Positions 24,960 to 37,526 of a stretch of 64,000 nucleotides of DNA are shown one piece after another. The stretch is from Bilabrum cf. latius. Lineage: Eukaryota. Within the stretch, counting starts at the first letter, position 1. Each line of letters starts with the position of its first letter. The translations under genes and the position numbers were made by a program. A model generated the notes under the pieces. The model was not told the DNA's origin, searched no databases, and saw nothing but the letters and a program-made list of their open reading frames with translations. The stretch spans positions 62,001 to 126,000 of the forward strand of contig OZ237735.1 of NCBI GenBank assembly GCA_965178125.1. The letters are read 5' to 3'.

Positions 24960-25676
24960 ATGTCTATGAAGGAAGCCAAAATCCGCAGCTATGCTGGTTT
25001 AGCTCTAGGCATCGGCGCAGGAACGTGTACAAGACTTGCGCAAGACTTCATACTAGAGGAGGGCTTCAGGTACTACCTTGGAGGCGTCATTCCCCTACGG
25101 TTTGGTCTTGCATGCAGGCAAGATCTCGCATGTATCAAAGCAAGGGATGTCCGGCTCACGATTGGGCTTGCATCTGCATTTGCAGCTCCGATGTGCGCAG
25201 TCCTATCCTACCTATTGCTTCGTCCCACAGCTGGGATCCACACCTCATCTGTGGTGGGCCTTTCAACATGGTTTGGGTACGGAGCGACCAAGTGGACATT
25301 TATGCGCGATCCCGCAGCAGCTTCTCCGTTTGATGGACGCATCTAGAATCCCAAGGCCCGCTTGAAGCTGTCCCTCGGTGACCCAAGGAATCGACGAGAC
25401 GTCATTGGGGCCGGGTAGGCATGGTGGGGACTGGCTGCCGCTGCTCTTGGAGTGTGGCTCGCAATCAACTCTGGAGATTTGGGGCTATTTGGTCTCGCGA
25501 ATGCCGGCGCTTTCGGGTGAGTGTGAGCCTGACTCTCACACCTTCAGCAGCCACCCGCCCCCAACCTGACTCTAGACCGTGCGTGCGTGCGTGCGTGCAT
25601 GTGTTCATGTGTTGTGGCATTCGACAAGCCTCTGGTTGGGGTTTTAATTGTCAGGAGAGGCCTCCTCGGACACTAA
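24960..25676 (+). CDS. Hypothetical small membrane protein, boundaries uncertain, 2 internal TAG
   Basis: The hydrophobic ORF 24849..25346 continues through TAG 25344 and 25416 into another hydrophobic stretch (AWWGLAAAALGVWLAI) and reaches a GTGAGT donor at 25517. The last exon after TCAG 25654 is tentative. Confidence 0.45.
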
Positions 25677-25995
25677 ACTTGCATATTCACCATCTTGCCG
25701 TGCGTCGTGGACGCGAGCTGCCTCTTTGCCAGTGGCCTGCCAGTGCCAGTGCTGCCCCTGCCCAAGGAGCCCACGCTGTTCGACCACGGCCCGGGGGCAC
25801 GAATCATGAAGCAAAACATGCAGCGAATGGCTTGAGCGAGCTCTCACAGGGTTAGACTAGGTTGGTCTCGGCGAACCCTGGACCAGCCGGACGAAGGTTC
25901 CTTGAAATGGCCGTTCGAGAAAACATTGAATCGTAGAAATAGCAGTGAAATATGATCGATGATACTGTCTACATGAGACGGATAGAATAAATTTC

Positions 25996-28900
25996 ATGCA
26001 GCAAAGGATGCATACCGATAAAAGCCCACAGTTGTGCTTTTACCATGCTCCAGTTCCAGTGAATGCCAGTAATGTGCAGTCGCTCGCCGCCAAACAGCCG
26101 ATCCTTGACCGCACTGATGATACCGGTGCGGATAGTCTCTCCAATGATGCACTATAGGCTGGCCACGTGAGCGTTGTGGCAGAAAAGTTCCATCAACGTC
26201 CGCAAGGCGGGTCAGACCGGCTTGCCGCGCCGCTCCAGCAAGCCGGCAGCAGCTAGGCAAGGCCAGCCTGGAAGATTCTTCAGCCGTCGAATCGATCCGT
26301 ATTTCCATTTGGATTCGGAGAGTCTGACGTTGTACCTGGACAGCCGAGTGATCCAGCATATTAGGATTGGCCAAAGGCAGATGGCAAGCTAGACTCGTAC
26401 CCGCAGAGGTGGTCCTCGTCGCTGCAACAAGGGGGCATCGCAGAGGAAATGTCCCTAATTGCAAGCCAGTCTGTCGGCCTGCGCTCGCCACGACTGGGCC
26501 GCGTGGACCACTTGGTGCCCCGGCCCCGCACCGAAGCGAGCATCCGCACCGAGCAACAGGCCAGCCCGCCAGCGAGCAACGTCACCGTGGCGCTGTAGAA
26601 TCGGCCGGAGCCCGTCGCAGTTAGACTGGCTCTCTACAAGACAGCCGTGTCCAACAGACCCACTGGGTCGTGCCCTCCCAGCAGCATGGCCCCTGCCCGG
26701 GCTGGAGCTCCCGTGTTTGAGCTGTCCGCTGCCAGCGACCCGGAGCCAGAGCCCGGTATCGGCAGATCGCCCCGCCTCAGGCCACGGCAGACTCGGAGGC
26801 AGAAGGAGGGTGCAAGCCATCGGGAAGGTCACTGGCCCCCTGGGTTCGCGGACGAAGCGATGGTCCCCGCTCCTCCGACGACACAACCCCACTAGCATTG
26901 GCAGGGATTGCCCTCGCGGCGACCCACCAGTGCAGCAAGGGCACGGATGACCGAGAGGCTCAGGCTGCAGCACGCTGCGACAGAGGCTAGGAGCGAAGCC
27001 GGGGAGCGGAAGCACGGCCAAGATCGCAATCCAGCGCAGATACTGCCCCCCATCGGTTCCGCACCAGGCCGACCTCACTGGCAGCTTCGCCCCTCTCCGA
27101 ATCGGCACGGGAGTGCAGCCAGCAGATGGGCACTGGGAGAGGCCGGGCGATACAAGGATGTCGGTCTCGGCTCGATCTCTACGTCCCAAGAGCAGAGAAT
27201 AGCCGACTTCTCCCCGCGCAGTACTACGAGCGCCCATGCCTAGGGGCAAAGAGGCGCTCCTCTGGACTCAAGACAGCGGGAGTCTGCCACAAGATCTCCA
27301 GCTGACAAAGTGCGATGGAGAGGGCTTGCTGCCAGCCCACTGTCTGCCAGACGAAAGTTGACTGTGTCCTAGCAGTCTACCGCCCTTGCTCAAGACCACG
27401 ACGAGCGTCGCTCGGACGCAAAGCAAGGCTCGCGGAACCACGGCAAGATTGTATCGCTTCACAAGCAGCACTTGCTGCTGCACGCCGGAGCCGATGGTAG
27501 CACACTGCAACAGCGAGCCGAACATGCGCCTGCAGCATCCTCCTGGCAAGGTCAAGTCGAAATCGCCGCCGAGGCAGACAACAGGGGCGAGCACGTTGAG
27601 TCTCCAGCGGCGCCGTAGGCCGTGCTGCGGCTCCGCGAGACCTCCAGGCGCCAGAGCCTCATCAATAGGGGCTTGGTAGATGCAGCCGGCAGCCCTGTGC
27701 CCGATACGGCCGGCACTGGGGGACAAGAGTCCAAGTCAGGCGACGCAGGGAGCAGCACTCCTGCTCCTCCATCCTAGCACAGGCATGGGTCGTCGTCACC
27801 TCGCTGGCGGCTCGATGCCGGAGACCACGGTCGGCACGAACAGCTTACTGGGGCTGAGCTCTTGCAGGGAAGGGGGCTGCTGAGGGATGCTCGGGGCGCT
27901 GTGCCAGCTTCAGATGCTGCAGATGAGCACCGTGCTCCAGCACTATAGCAACGGCACAGTCGCCGTGCTGGAGCTGTGTAGGGTCATCAGCAACGGCATG
28001 GCAGCAAGGCGCACGCACCCGTGCGAGCCAGCAGCCCTGACACGCCGGCAAGTGAGTTTGCGGAGCCGACTAGCCCAAGGGACGGCGATCAACTTATGGA
28101 TGGTGATACGTTCCTGGTCTCGGATTCCGCAGCACTGGGAGGTGGCAGCCCTGCCCATGATGCCCTAAACACCCTGGTGCCGACCAACGAGGCGCCTTCG
28201 ACGCCACCGGCATCGAAACCGTCCAGCAAGCCGGAGGAGTAGGCTGCTCTGGCAGGCCCTGCTAGTATCAAGCCGCCTAGGACTATTTCCAGTCATGGCG
28301 CAGGCTCAGGTCGGTCTCATCGCCCAACGCGGCGTCCTCGTGCGCCGCGTGCACCTGGTGCACCTGGAGGCAGTCGGCCCGCGCCACCACCTGCCAGGCG
28401 AGGGGGTCAGGTGCAGGAGCAGAAACAGGAGCAGGAGCACGTGTACAACAGCACGCCGCTTGGCAGGACAGATCGCCCAGGGAGTGCTGCCTCTCGACGC
28501 TAGCGCCCTCGGCGAGCCAGCACGCTCGTGGTAGACGACCCCAGCACGCCCTTCCATGCCCCGGTCGAAGATGACACCCGGGAGGCACGGAGGGACGGCG
28601 ACAAAGCGGAGCCCGCGACTCAGGCTGCTGGATAGGCGCGCCATAGAGGACGCAGGGCCTCGGCGTTCGCCGTGAACCACCTGCTCCGCGGTGCCGTGGG
28701 GAGTCTGCACGACCACGTCGGCCTCCAGGAACACGTCGGCCTCGAGGAGCTCGGTGACAGCGGGCTGGCAGCGATGCAGAGGCCGGCCGTGCGGGCGAGG
28801 AGCAGGCGTGTATCCCAAGTGACCATGGGTGCAGGTGCGCACTACGGTCCCACCGCTGCTGCCGCCGATGCCTCGGGCCGGCACGTGTACGACAGCAGCT

Positions 28901-29742
28901 CGGGTGGTGCCCGGGGTCCACTGCGAGCGCCCAGGGAGATCAAGCGGTTCCCGGCGCGGAGGAGCGCCAGGCGCCCGTCAATTGTGGACAACTTGGGCGC
29001 CCGCGCCATGGTGAGCGATAGGATGGAGCAAGGAACTGGAGTGCATGCCCTGGCCGGACGACGTGGCAAGCTCAGGGCAGCCGCGTCGTTCTTGGGCGCG
29101 TCAGTGTCATCTCGGCGGCGATCGACGGGTGGCATTGGGGTGGCTGCTCTGGGCCAGCCTGCTCTAGGTACCGACCTGCATGAGCCAGAGCGATCAGATC
29201 GGCCTAAAGCAGATGGCACGGTGCTGCAAGCTCTGCATGGCCCCTCTAGGAGACCACCGGCCCCGGTGCGTGCCCCGCTGGGCATCGATCGGCCCGGGGC
29301 GGATGCATCGAACGATGTGCCGCTCGTCAAGCCGAAAATAGACGCTGGTCCCATCAAGCCAACCAAGAAAGAGCGCATTGATTCGTCTGACCAAAAAAAG
29401 GCGATACCTCCTCCAAAGGAGCCCGCGCGTGTGGGGACTGAGCCGCAACCGCAACGTGCTACGCGTCCGAGTGGGTCGGCCCCTGCTCCTGGCCAGTCTG
29501 GGCCCTCTGCGCTCAGCGGGCTGCCTAGCTTTGGGCCATCCTCCGGCCAAAAAGCTCCAAGGCATGGACTGTCGCCGCGGCCCACGTCTGCGGGTGGCTG
29601 GAGCGTCGTCAGCTCGGAAAGCGGCGGGAGCGACCGGAACGGCGAGGACGAGCAGGGCGTGGACGTGGTAGGGATGGTGGCACTGCAACAGATAGAAGAG
29701 GAACAGGAAAAACGCAGAGGCAAGCGCCAGGAAAGGCGCTAA
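25996..29742 (+). CDS. Large low-complexity/disordered hypothetical protein, ~1248 aa, 14 internal TAG
   Basis: Single frame with no TAA/TGA until TAA 29740. TAG at 26155, 26254, 26362, 26596, 26893, 27241, 27370, 27616, 27775, 27946, 27979, 28240, 28501 and 28633. No recognisable domain. Confidence 0.7.
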
Positions 29743-30374
29743 AGAGATCTGCACGGTGCAAGACTTGGCTGTTCCCGGGTCAGGATCAGCCGATACAGGT
29801 ATATCCTGTGGGCAATACTGGGTGTAGCAGACTTTTCACAGCGAGATTGTGGGTTCTGTGTGCGGCTTGAACCACAAAATGTATGTATGGAAGTTATCAT
29901 CAGGAACGCCCGAGTGTGAATGCTGTAACGATGCCCCGGAAGTATCCTCAGCCCGGCGGGCCACAGGGCATTGCCAGAGGTGCCGCGGGACAGCGGCTGG
30001 GCCCGGTCCCAAGAATGCCCATCGGCTTCATGGGGCGCGAGATGGTGCATGTTGTTGCGGAGTGTGCGAACGTAAGAGGGGCTGCAAGTGGGTCGGGAAA
30101 GCCTGCTAGGACCTCAATCGAGCTGCTTGGGCACGGAGACCTCGTGGGACCGCTGGTATAGGTACGCGCTGACTCGGAGAAGCCCCTTCCGAACGCGCTA
30201 TGCAAGTGCTCGCCCACAGAAATATGGTCAATGTGTAAGTGCTTACCCGAACTATGCGCCTGCATTACCTGAGAGCATATCAAGATACCTTGCGCTGCTC
30301 CGATCACCGTCTGGCATCATGGTGTGACTAGTGCGGTGGTCGCCCCGACAGCGTGAACTTTAGTCTTGCTTCTC

Positions 30375-33300
30375 ATGGCGGCATCGGGGGCTGGATCGGG
30401 TACTTCGTCTGCTTCTGCTGCATCTGGAGGGGCAAGTAGCCCTTCCACTGGGCTGAAGCGTGCACGCACCACGGAATCGTCGTGAGAACTGGCTTCGAAA
30501 CTGAAGTGTTTGAATTCCGATTTTACATGTGGCTTATTTGAAGTCACGACAGAATCACACCGTAAACATTCAATTGAATATACGAAACGTATCCTTAATT
30601 ATCGTATGCAGGACTTTCACGGACGAAATCGCGGAGCTGGGCACAAGCTAGAAGGATGTTTGGGGCAGGCCTCCCATGCCACCTTTGGACGATAGGAAAG
30701 ATGATTTGGGTAAGAGCCGCAGGCCCGTGCTTCTTTTTGGCTCCTTGTGTAGCGTAGAAATACCTGTTGTATCTCCATGGTCCCTTCGCTGGTGCTTGGG
30801 TCGCAGTAATGCAATGGAGCTACATCGACATGTATCAAGGGGATCCCCTGCCTGCTAACCCGAATCCGGCACGAACCATGCCAGGCTCCAGGGAAGGCCC
30901 AGTTCCTGTTATTCGACTGTTTGGCATCACAGCGGAGGGGAACTCTGTGATGGCCCATGTGCACGGTTTCACGCCATATTTCTACTGCCAGGTGCCGTCC
31001 TCGTTCGACCCCAGCCGGCACATCAAGGAGTTTTAGATGGCTCTGGACCAGGCCCTGAGGGGTGCCGGGAAGCAGTTTGAGCGCATGCCCAAGCGTGTAT
31101 TGGCCGTGAACATGGTGGAGCGCACCTCGATCATGTACTACATGGGCAAGGCGAAGCAGCGCTTTCTGCAGGTGTACGTGGCCATGCCCACCGTGGTGCC
31201 TGCCGCCCGCCGTATGCTCTCCAAGGGCATCCGGCTGCCTTCCCAGGGACACGCGGCCAGCTACCAGTGCTTCGAGGCGAACTGCACCTTCGTGCTTCGC
31301 TTCATGATCGACCGCGGCATCGTGGGGCACCAGTGGCTGAGGATGCCCAAGGGCAACTACAAGGTGCGCAAGCAGTCCCAGTTCCGGTCCAAGTCGCAGT
31401 GCGAGTTTGACGTCGTCTACGACAGCATCGATGCCAAGGCGACGGAGGGCGAGTGGCAGACCATCGCTCCCTTCCGCATCCTGTCCTACGACATCGAGTG
31501 CAAGGGCAGGAAGGGGCACTTCCCGGATCCTAAGGAGGACCCCGTGATCCAGATCGCCAACGTCCTGCAGCTGCAGGGCACCAACGAGCATCCCGTCAGG
31601 AACGTGTTCGTGCTGGGCACTTGCACTCCCATCGCCGGCGCGGACGTGCTCACCTTCCGCACTGAGAAGGAGATGCTCACCGCCTGGGCCAAGTTCGTGC
31701 TGGCCACCGACCCGGACGAGCTCACAGGGTACAACACGGACAACTTCGATATGCCGTACCTCATCGAGAGGGCCAGGCAGCTGGGAGTGAAAGAATTCGA
31801 GCACATCGGGCGCATCCAAGGGGAGGGCATCCGCATCCGAGACACCACGTTCCAGAGCGCGGCGCACGGCAAGCGGCAGAACAAGGAGACCACGATCGAC
31901 GGGAGGGTCAGCTTCGACATGCTCGAGTACATGAGGCGCAACCACAAGCTGAGCTCCTTCTCCTTGAACGCCGTGTCCGCCGAGTTTCTCGGCCAGCAGA
32001 AGGAGGACGTGCACCACAGCATCATCGGGGACCTCCATGAGGGCTCCCCTGATGACCGCAGGCGTCTGGCCGTGTACTGCCTGAAGGATGCCTGGCTGCC
32101 CTTGCGGCTCATGGACAAGCTCATGGTCATGGTCAACCACATTGAAATGGCGCGAGTGACAGGCGTGCCCCTGGATTTCCTGCTCAAGCGCGGCTAGCAG
32201 ATCAAGGTGGTGAGCATGCTCTACCGCAAGTGCCTCAAGGACGGGCTGCTCATTCCGACGATGGAGCGGCAGGGGGCATCAGCTGACGACACCACATACG
32301 AAGGAGCCACCGTGATCGAGCCAAAGAAGGCGTACTACGACGAGCCCATCGCCACGCTGGATTTCGCCTCGCTGTACCCCAGCATCATGCAGGCCCACAA
32401 CCTTTGCTACTCGACCCTGCTGCCCCCAGGCACCGACGCGGGGCTGAAAGAGGGCGACTACGAGGTGACGCCCACCAGGCACCGCTTCGTCAAGCCCTCG
32501 GTCAAGAAGGGGGTCCTGCCAGAGATTCTTGAGGAGCTGCTGTCAGCCCGGAAGCGCGCCAAGCGGGACATGAAGGCTGCGACGGACCCGATGGTGAAGG
32601 CGGTGCAGAACGGACGGCAGCTGGCGCTCAAGATCAGCGCCAACTCGGTGTACGGGTTCACCGGCGCGACGGTGGGCCAGCTGCCGTGCCTCGAGATCTC
32701 GAGCTCGGTGACCTCGTACGGCAGGCTCATGATCGAGCAGACCAAGGAGGCCGTGGAGAGGATGTACACGGTGGCCAACGGGGCCCCGGCCGATGCAGAC
32801 GTGGTGTACGGCGACACGGACAGTGTCATGGTCAAGTTCGGAGTCCCCGACGTCAAGACTGCCATGGAGCTTGGCGAGAAGGCTGCAGACGAGGTGACCA
32901 AGCTGTTCCCCCACCCCGTGAAGCTCGAGTTCGAGAAGGTGTACTTCCCGTACCTGCTCATGAACAAGAAGAGGTATGCCGGCCTGTACTGGACGCAGCC
33001 TGAGAAGTGGGACAAGCTCGACACAAAGGGAATCGAGACTGTGCGGCGAGACAACTGCGCTCTGGTGAGGCAGGTGGTGACGCAGGTGCTGCGCAAGATT
33101 TTGATCGACCGCAGCATCAAGGACGCGATCGAGTACACCAAGGGGACAATCTCTGAGCTGCTGCAGGGCAAGGTGGACATCAGCATGCTGGTCATCACCA
33201 AGGCGCTGGGCAAGGGCGCCTCGGACAGCGACTACAAGGCCAAGCAGGCGCACGTGGAACTGGCCGAGAGGATGAGGAAGAGGGACCCGGGCACTGCACC

Positions 33301-33886
33301 GGCGGTGGGTGACCGCGTCCCTTACGTGATCACGCAGGCGGCCAAGGGTGCCAAGGCCTACGAGAAGAGCGAGGACCCCATCTACGTGCTGGAGCACGGT
33401 GTGCCCATCGATTTCAAGTACTACCTTGACAACCAGCTGAGCAAGCCCTTGATGCGGATCTTTGGGCCCATCATCGAGAGCCCGCAGAGCCTGCTGGTTG
33501 GCGACCACACGCGAGCCATAAAGAAGACGGCCAGCACCAAGAAGGGAGGCATCATGCAGTTCGCAGTGAAGCGGCGCAAGTGTCTCTACCAAGGGTGTAA
33601 CGTGCCGCTGGCTGCCGGCGAGCGCACGGTGTGCGCGACGCACAAGTCGCAGGAGGCCGAGGCCTACCGCCAGCGCCTGGAGCTGGTCACTTCCAAAGAG
33701 CGCAAGTTCGCTCAGCTGTGGACGACCTGCCAGCGGTGCCAGGGCAGCCTGCACCAGGACGTCATCTGCTCCAACCGAGATTGCCCCATATTCTACATGC
33801 GCACCAAGGTGGCCAAGGAGCTTGACGAGGCCGCGGACAAGCTGGAGCTGTTCCAGGCCGCGTACGAAGGCAGCGGGGGATTCTGA
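30375..33886 (+). CDS. POLD1: DNA polymerase delta catalytic subunit, ~1094 aa, 3 exons, 3 internal TAG
   Basis: Exons 30375-30481, 30612-30709 and 30807-33886. Motifs: exo I SYDIEC, LDFASLYPSIMQAHNLCYST, RQLALKISANSVYGFTGA, YGDTDS and C-terminal Cys motifs. TAG at 30649, 31034 and 32195 (LLKRG*QIKV). Ends TGA. Confidence 0.97.
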
Positions 33887-34019
33887 GGCCAGCACAAGGA
33901 AGAAAGGAAGGCGCGGCGCGAATTGAACCCACATGCATGCATGTCGCTGTGCAGTCACTGTGTAATCGCAAGGCAGACTGCTCCATGTCGGCATCTCCCT
34001 CCACCAATTTTCTCGGTCG

Positions 34020-35933
34020 TCAGCTCTCACCTGCCGCCCCACCGGCTCCGCTCTCTCTGCTCCCACCCCCGGCCCCGTCCTCACTTCCCTCACCTTTGTC
34101 TTTACCATCTTCCTTCGGGTCACCCGGCGCGCTGACGCCGGCCATGTGCGAGGCGGCTGCCAGGTGGGCAGCAAGGTCCTCCTGAGCCGCGCCACCACCA
34201 GGCAATGCACCCGGGACGGCCCCGGCCCTGGCCCACGGCGCTGCTGTCCCAACTCCTAGCCCAGCTCCCGCACCTGCACCCGGACCAGGCCTCGCCCACG
34301 GCGCTGCTGTGCCAGGCCCCGCCCCCACACCTACGCCCATGCCCATGCCCATCCCGGCGGCCCCGGCCCTCGCCCAAGGTGCGGTGGCCGACACCCCCAT
34401 GCCCACCTCGACGGGTGCCTGCCGCCCCAGCCGCGCGTCGGAGCGAGCCACCTGCCAGTCGGCCGGCAGCAGTTCCCCGAAGAGGAGGTGCTGCATCACC
34501 TGCCTCTTGGCCAACACCTCTCCGTGAAACATGCGCAGGAGGCCCCGCCGGGCCCGCTCCCAGGTGGGCAGCTGGCTCACGTCGTGCAGGATCGGGGAGT
34601 GCTCAGCGAAAGGGGCCCCTGTCTTCACCTCGAGCACGAAGTCAATGGCGCGCAGATACATGTACTCGTCGCGGTGCGCCTCGCGCACGGCGGGGTCCAG
34701 CACGGAACTGGGCCGGATGGCCTGGTGTCGCACGAGCTGCGATGCTCCGAATAGAAAGACCAGCAGCTGGTAGTCATCCAGGCTCCACACACCGTGCGAG
34801 CCGGCGGGCTCCAGCTTGTACGCGCCTTGAATTCGCCTGCAGACCCGCATGTAGGCCGGAAATGCCCGCAGCGCCATGGCCTGCAGCCATGTCGATGCAC
34901 CGGGTGCAGCCGCACGGGCAGCACCAGCACCAGCACCAGCACCAGCACCAGCACCAGCACCAGCACCAGCACCAGCACCAGCACCAGCACCAGCACCAGC
35001 ACCAGCACCAGCACCAGCACCAGCACCAGCACCAGCACCAGCACCAGCACCAGCACCAGCACCAGCACCAGCACCAGCACCAGCACCAGCACCAGCACCA
35101 GCACCAGCACCAGCACCAGCACCAGCACCAGCACCAGCACCAGCACCAGCACCAGCACCAGCACCGGCGGAAGGGGCGTCGTGGGGGCCGCTGGTTCGAG
35201 CAGCCGCTGCTCCAGACCCTCCTGTATCGCTGCTCGTGGCACTCTCATCTCCCGCCGTGCCTTTCTCCTTCTCCCCGCCCGGGTGCCCCCCTGGCCCCGC
35301 AGCCTCCGACGGCTCCTTGTCACCTGCTGCGTCACCGGGCTCATCCGAGTGGTCGCAGTTGTCATGCAGGAGCAGGAGCAGCACCACAAAGCAGCACTCA
35401 TGACCGGTCCCATAGTCAATTCGGGTCGCATTCCCAAAGCTCTCCGCCAGGTACCCAGCAAGCTCGCGGATGCTGCTCGGTGACAGGTCGCTCGCCCCCG
35501 TCGTCGATGCTTCCTCAGCACCTTCCGCAGGATGGCCCGCAATGACATACCGCATCAAATTCTCAGCCTGGGAGACCATGTCTTTGTGGTACGATCTGTA
35601 GGCCTTGTTCCCGAACCGCATGGGCTGCTCTATAGGCGGGTGCCGGTCAACCAAGTCGTGAAGCTGTTCAAGTACCTCGACCAATCGCGACACGACGGGG
35701 GGTACCTAGATATCTACCGACATAGATTTACCCTCACAAGCCAGCGAGAGATCGCCAACAAACGCAGAGATCCTCCGAAAGCTATTCGATGACCTGAACT
35801 GATTGTGATCAGCGTCAGACAAGATCATTCTCTTCAGTCCCCATCGAGCTCCTGCAACTTCATCCGACGGATCCATGGATGATATTGGGTCTATGACAGA
35901 CCCCATCTCTCCAGGAAGCTCCGGCGATGACAT
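34020..35933 (-). CDS. PTPA: PP2A activator PTPA/Rrd, ~637 aa with Gly-Ala insertion, 1 internal TAG
   Basis: Motifs PPIEQPMRFGNKAYR, ESFGNATRIDYGTGHE, YKLEPAGSHGVWSLDDYQ, PFAEHSPILHDVS and EVLAKRQVMQHLLFG. TAG 35706 joins the N-terminal ORF 35706..35933. Ends TGA. Confidence 0.93.
34921..35165. repeat. Perfect (GCACCA)40 hexamer array encoding ~(Gly-Ala)40 in PTPA
   Basis: 240 nt of uninterrupted GCACCA plus a partial unit. Confidence 0.97.
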
Positions 35934-36055
35934 GATCCTTGCGAATTTTGGTCAGTTGCAGCAAAAAATTAGCCTGCCGGAACGAACCTACGATCGAACG
36001 TTCGCCAGCGCCACAGAACCAACGAATCGTAAATGCAGCAAAACTGTAGCACAAC

Positions 36056-36762
36056 ATGAGGGCGATCGCACTGGTACTGCTAACGTTTGGGTTTGCGGTC
36101 GTACTTTCTGTAGAAGCTGCGAGGAAGGATCCGAAAGAATGCGAAGGTAAGCAATGAAGGCAGCACTTAGCAAGCAAGCATACACGTGGCGGTATCCGAA
36201 CCAACGCTGTGGCTTGGCGCGTACCTGAAGGATGTTCCGGTGCTATGGAATATTGTATCGAATCAATCCGAATGATGCGGCTTTGGATCAGCTCTAGCTC
36301 CCCAGAAAGTCGCCAGAAGTGCATTGGCAAGCTTTTTTCATCGCAGTATGTCGCAAGGTTCTTACGGACGTCAGAGATGGTCTTGACGAGGGAGATTCCA
36401 AGGATCTCGTTGCAATTGAAGGCGCCATTGATTCAGAGTGCTCAAAATTGCGGAAAGCGAAGCCTGACGGGCCGGAGCGCAAGCTGTGTTACTTTATCGA
36501 GCCGGTCAAGCGTAGCATCAGCTAGCCGATGAAGAACGGTGTGCCGGTTGAGAGAATCTGCAAGCGCCTCAAGAAGAGCGCCCCGGAAGTTTGCGAGATC
36601 CGCTTCCCCGAGAAGCTGGACCTGAGCAAGACTGACATCACCAAGCTGCGTGTGAGGCAGCTCAAGAAGATTCTGAACGAGCGCGGCCTCAAGTGCGACG
36701 GCTGCCTGGAGAAGGGAGACTACGTTAGAAAGGTGCGGGAGGCGATCAAGGACGAGCTTTGA
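36056..36762 (+). CDS. MANF: MANF/ARMET-family ER-resident protein, ~168 aa, 2 exons, 1 internal TAG
   Basis: Signal peptide, then ECE|VC across intron 36147-36346. Saposin-like Cys pattern, then KLRVRQLKKILNERGLKCDGCLEKGDYV and C-terminal KDEL-TGA. TAG 36523 lies inside the saposin-like domain. Confidence 0.88.
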
Positions 36763-37526
36763 GAGCCACTTGCTGCGGATGTGCACCGTCGCACGCGTGC
36801 ACGAACAGGTGCCCGGCGCTCGGTCTTGGCCCCGGCCTCCCCAGCACGTTTTGAGGCAAAAATGCCCCAGCGGCAAACAACACAACAGGCCGATTCCTTT
36901 ATTATGTGTCCTTACATGCATGCATGGACAATGTGCCCTACCAAGTCCAGAAGAGCGGCAAGCCCTTTGTTGCTGAGTCTGTGTGCGGAAGAGTGATTGG
37001 GTGGGTGTCTGTCAAAAATACGCCACGTCATCACGAGACTCCGTATGTACTACTCGTCTTTTGTGTCGCAAGCCAAACTTGAGTCGAGGACGTCCATCCG
37101 CCCATCCCGCCGTCGTGTGGATCAAATTTGAGCCACCCTTCTCACCATCCCGTCACGACGGACCGCCCACGAGCCCAGCTGTGCAGAGACGAAGCAAAGA
37201 CCGAGGCATCGCTATTCCCAGCAGAGGACTCGATGGGCACAATAGCTCGCGAAAGCGTTGCTACCATCCTCTCCTCTCCTCCGATGCCCCCGGCCAGAGC
37301 CCGACCCCCCTCCCGTCAGTGTGTCAGCACCTATCGCGGCCGCGGACACGGCGGCGCACCAAACCGGCAGTAGACGGTCTCGTCACTGCATAGTATTGCG
37401 TGCAACGCAATGCAGAAACGTGAAACCGATCCGCCGGCCCGTGCGACCCGCCGCCCCCCGCGGCGCACCGCCCCTCTCTTCAAGAGCGGGTCCATGCCGC
37501 GCCTGCGGGCCCCCTCGCTCCTTCTC

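Noticed and set aside
29750-30370. Possible small gene between the orphan ORF and POLD1
   Set aside because: Short ORFs and a GTAAGC donor exist, but I could not build a coherent model or recognise any motif.
30375-33886. Pseudogenes or sequencing errors as the cause of internal stops
   Set aside because: All interruptions are TAG, there are no frameshifts, catalytic motifs are intact, many essential genes are affected, and several TAGs sit at conserved Gln.
30617-34252. Long antisense ORFs (e.g. 30617..32140, 32543..34252, also 37258..38484 and 44474..45199)
   Set aside because: These are shadow ORFs produced by high GC3 codon bias opposite well-supported genes.
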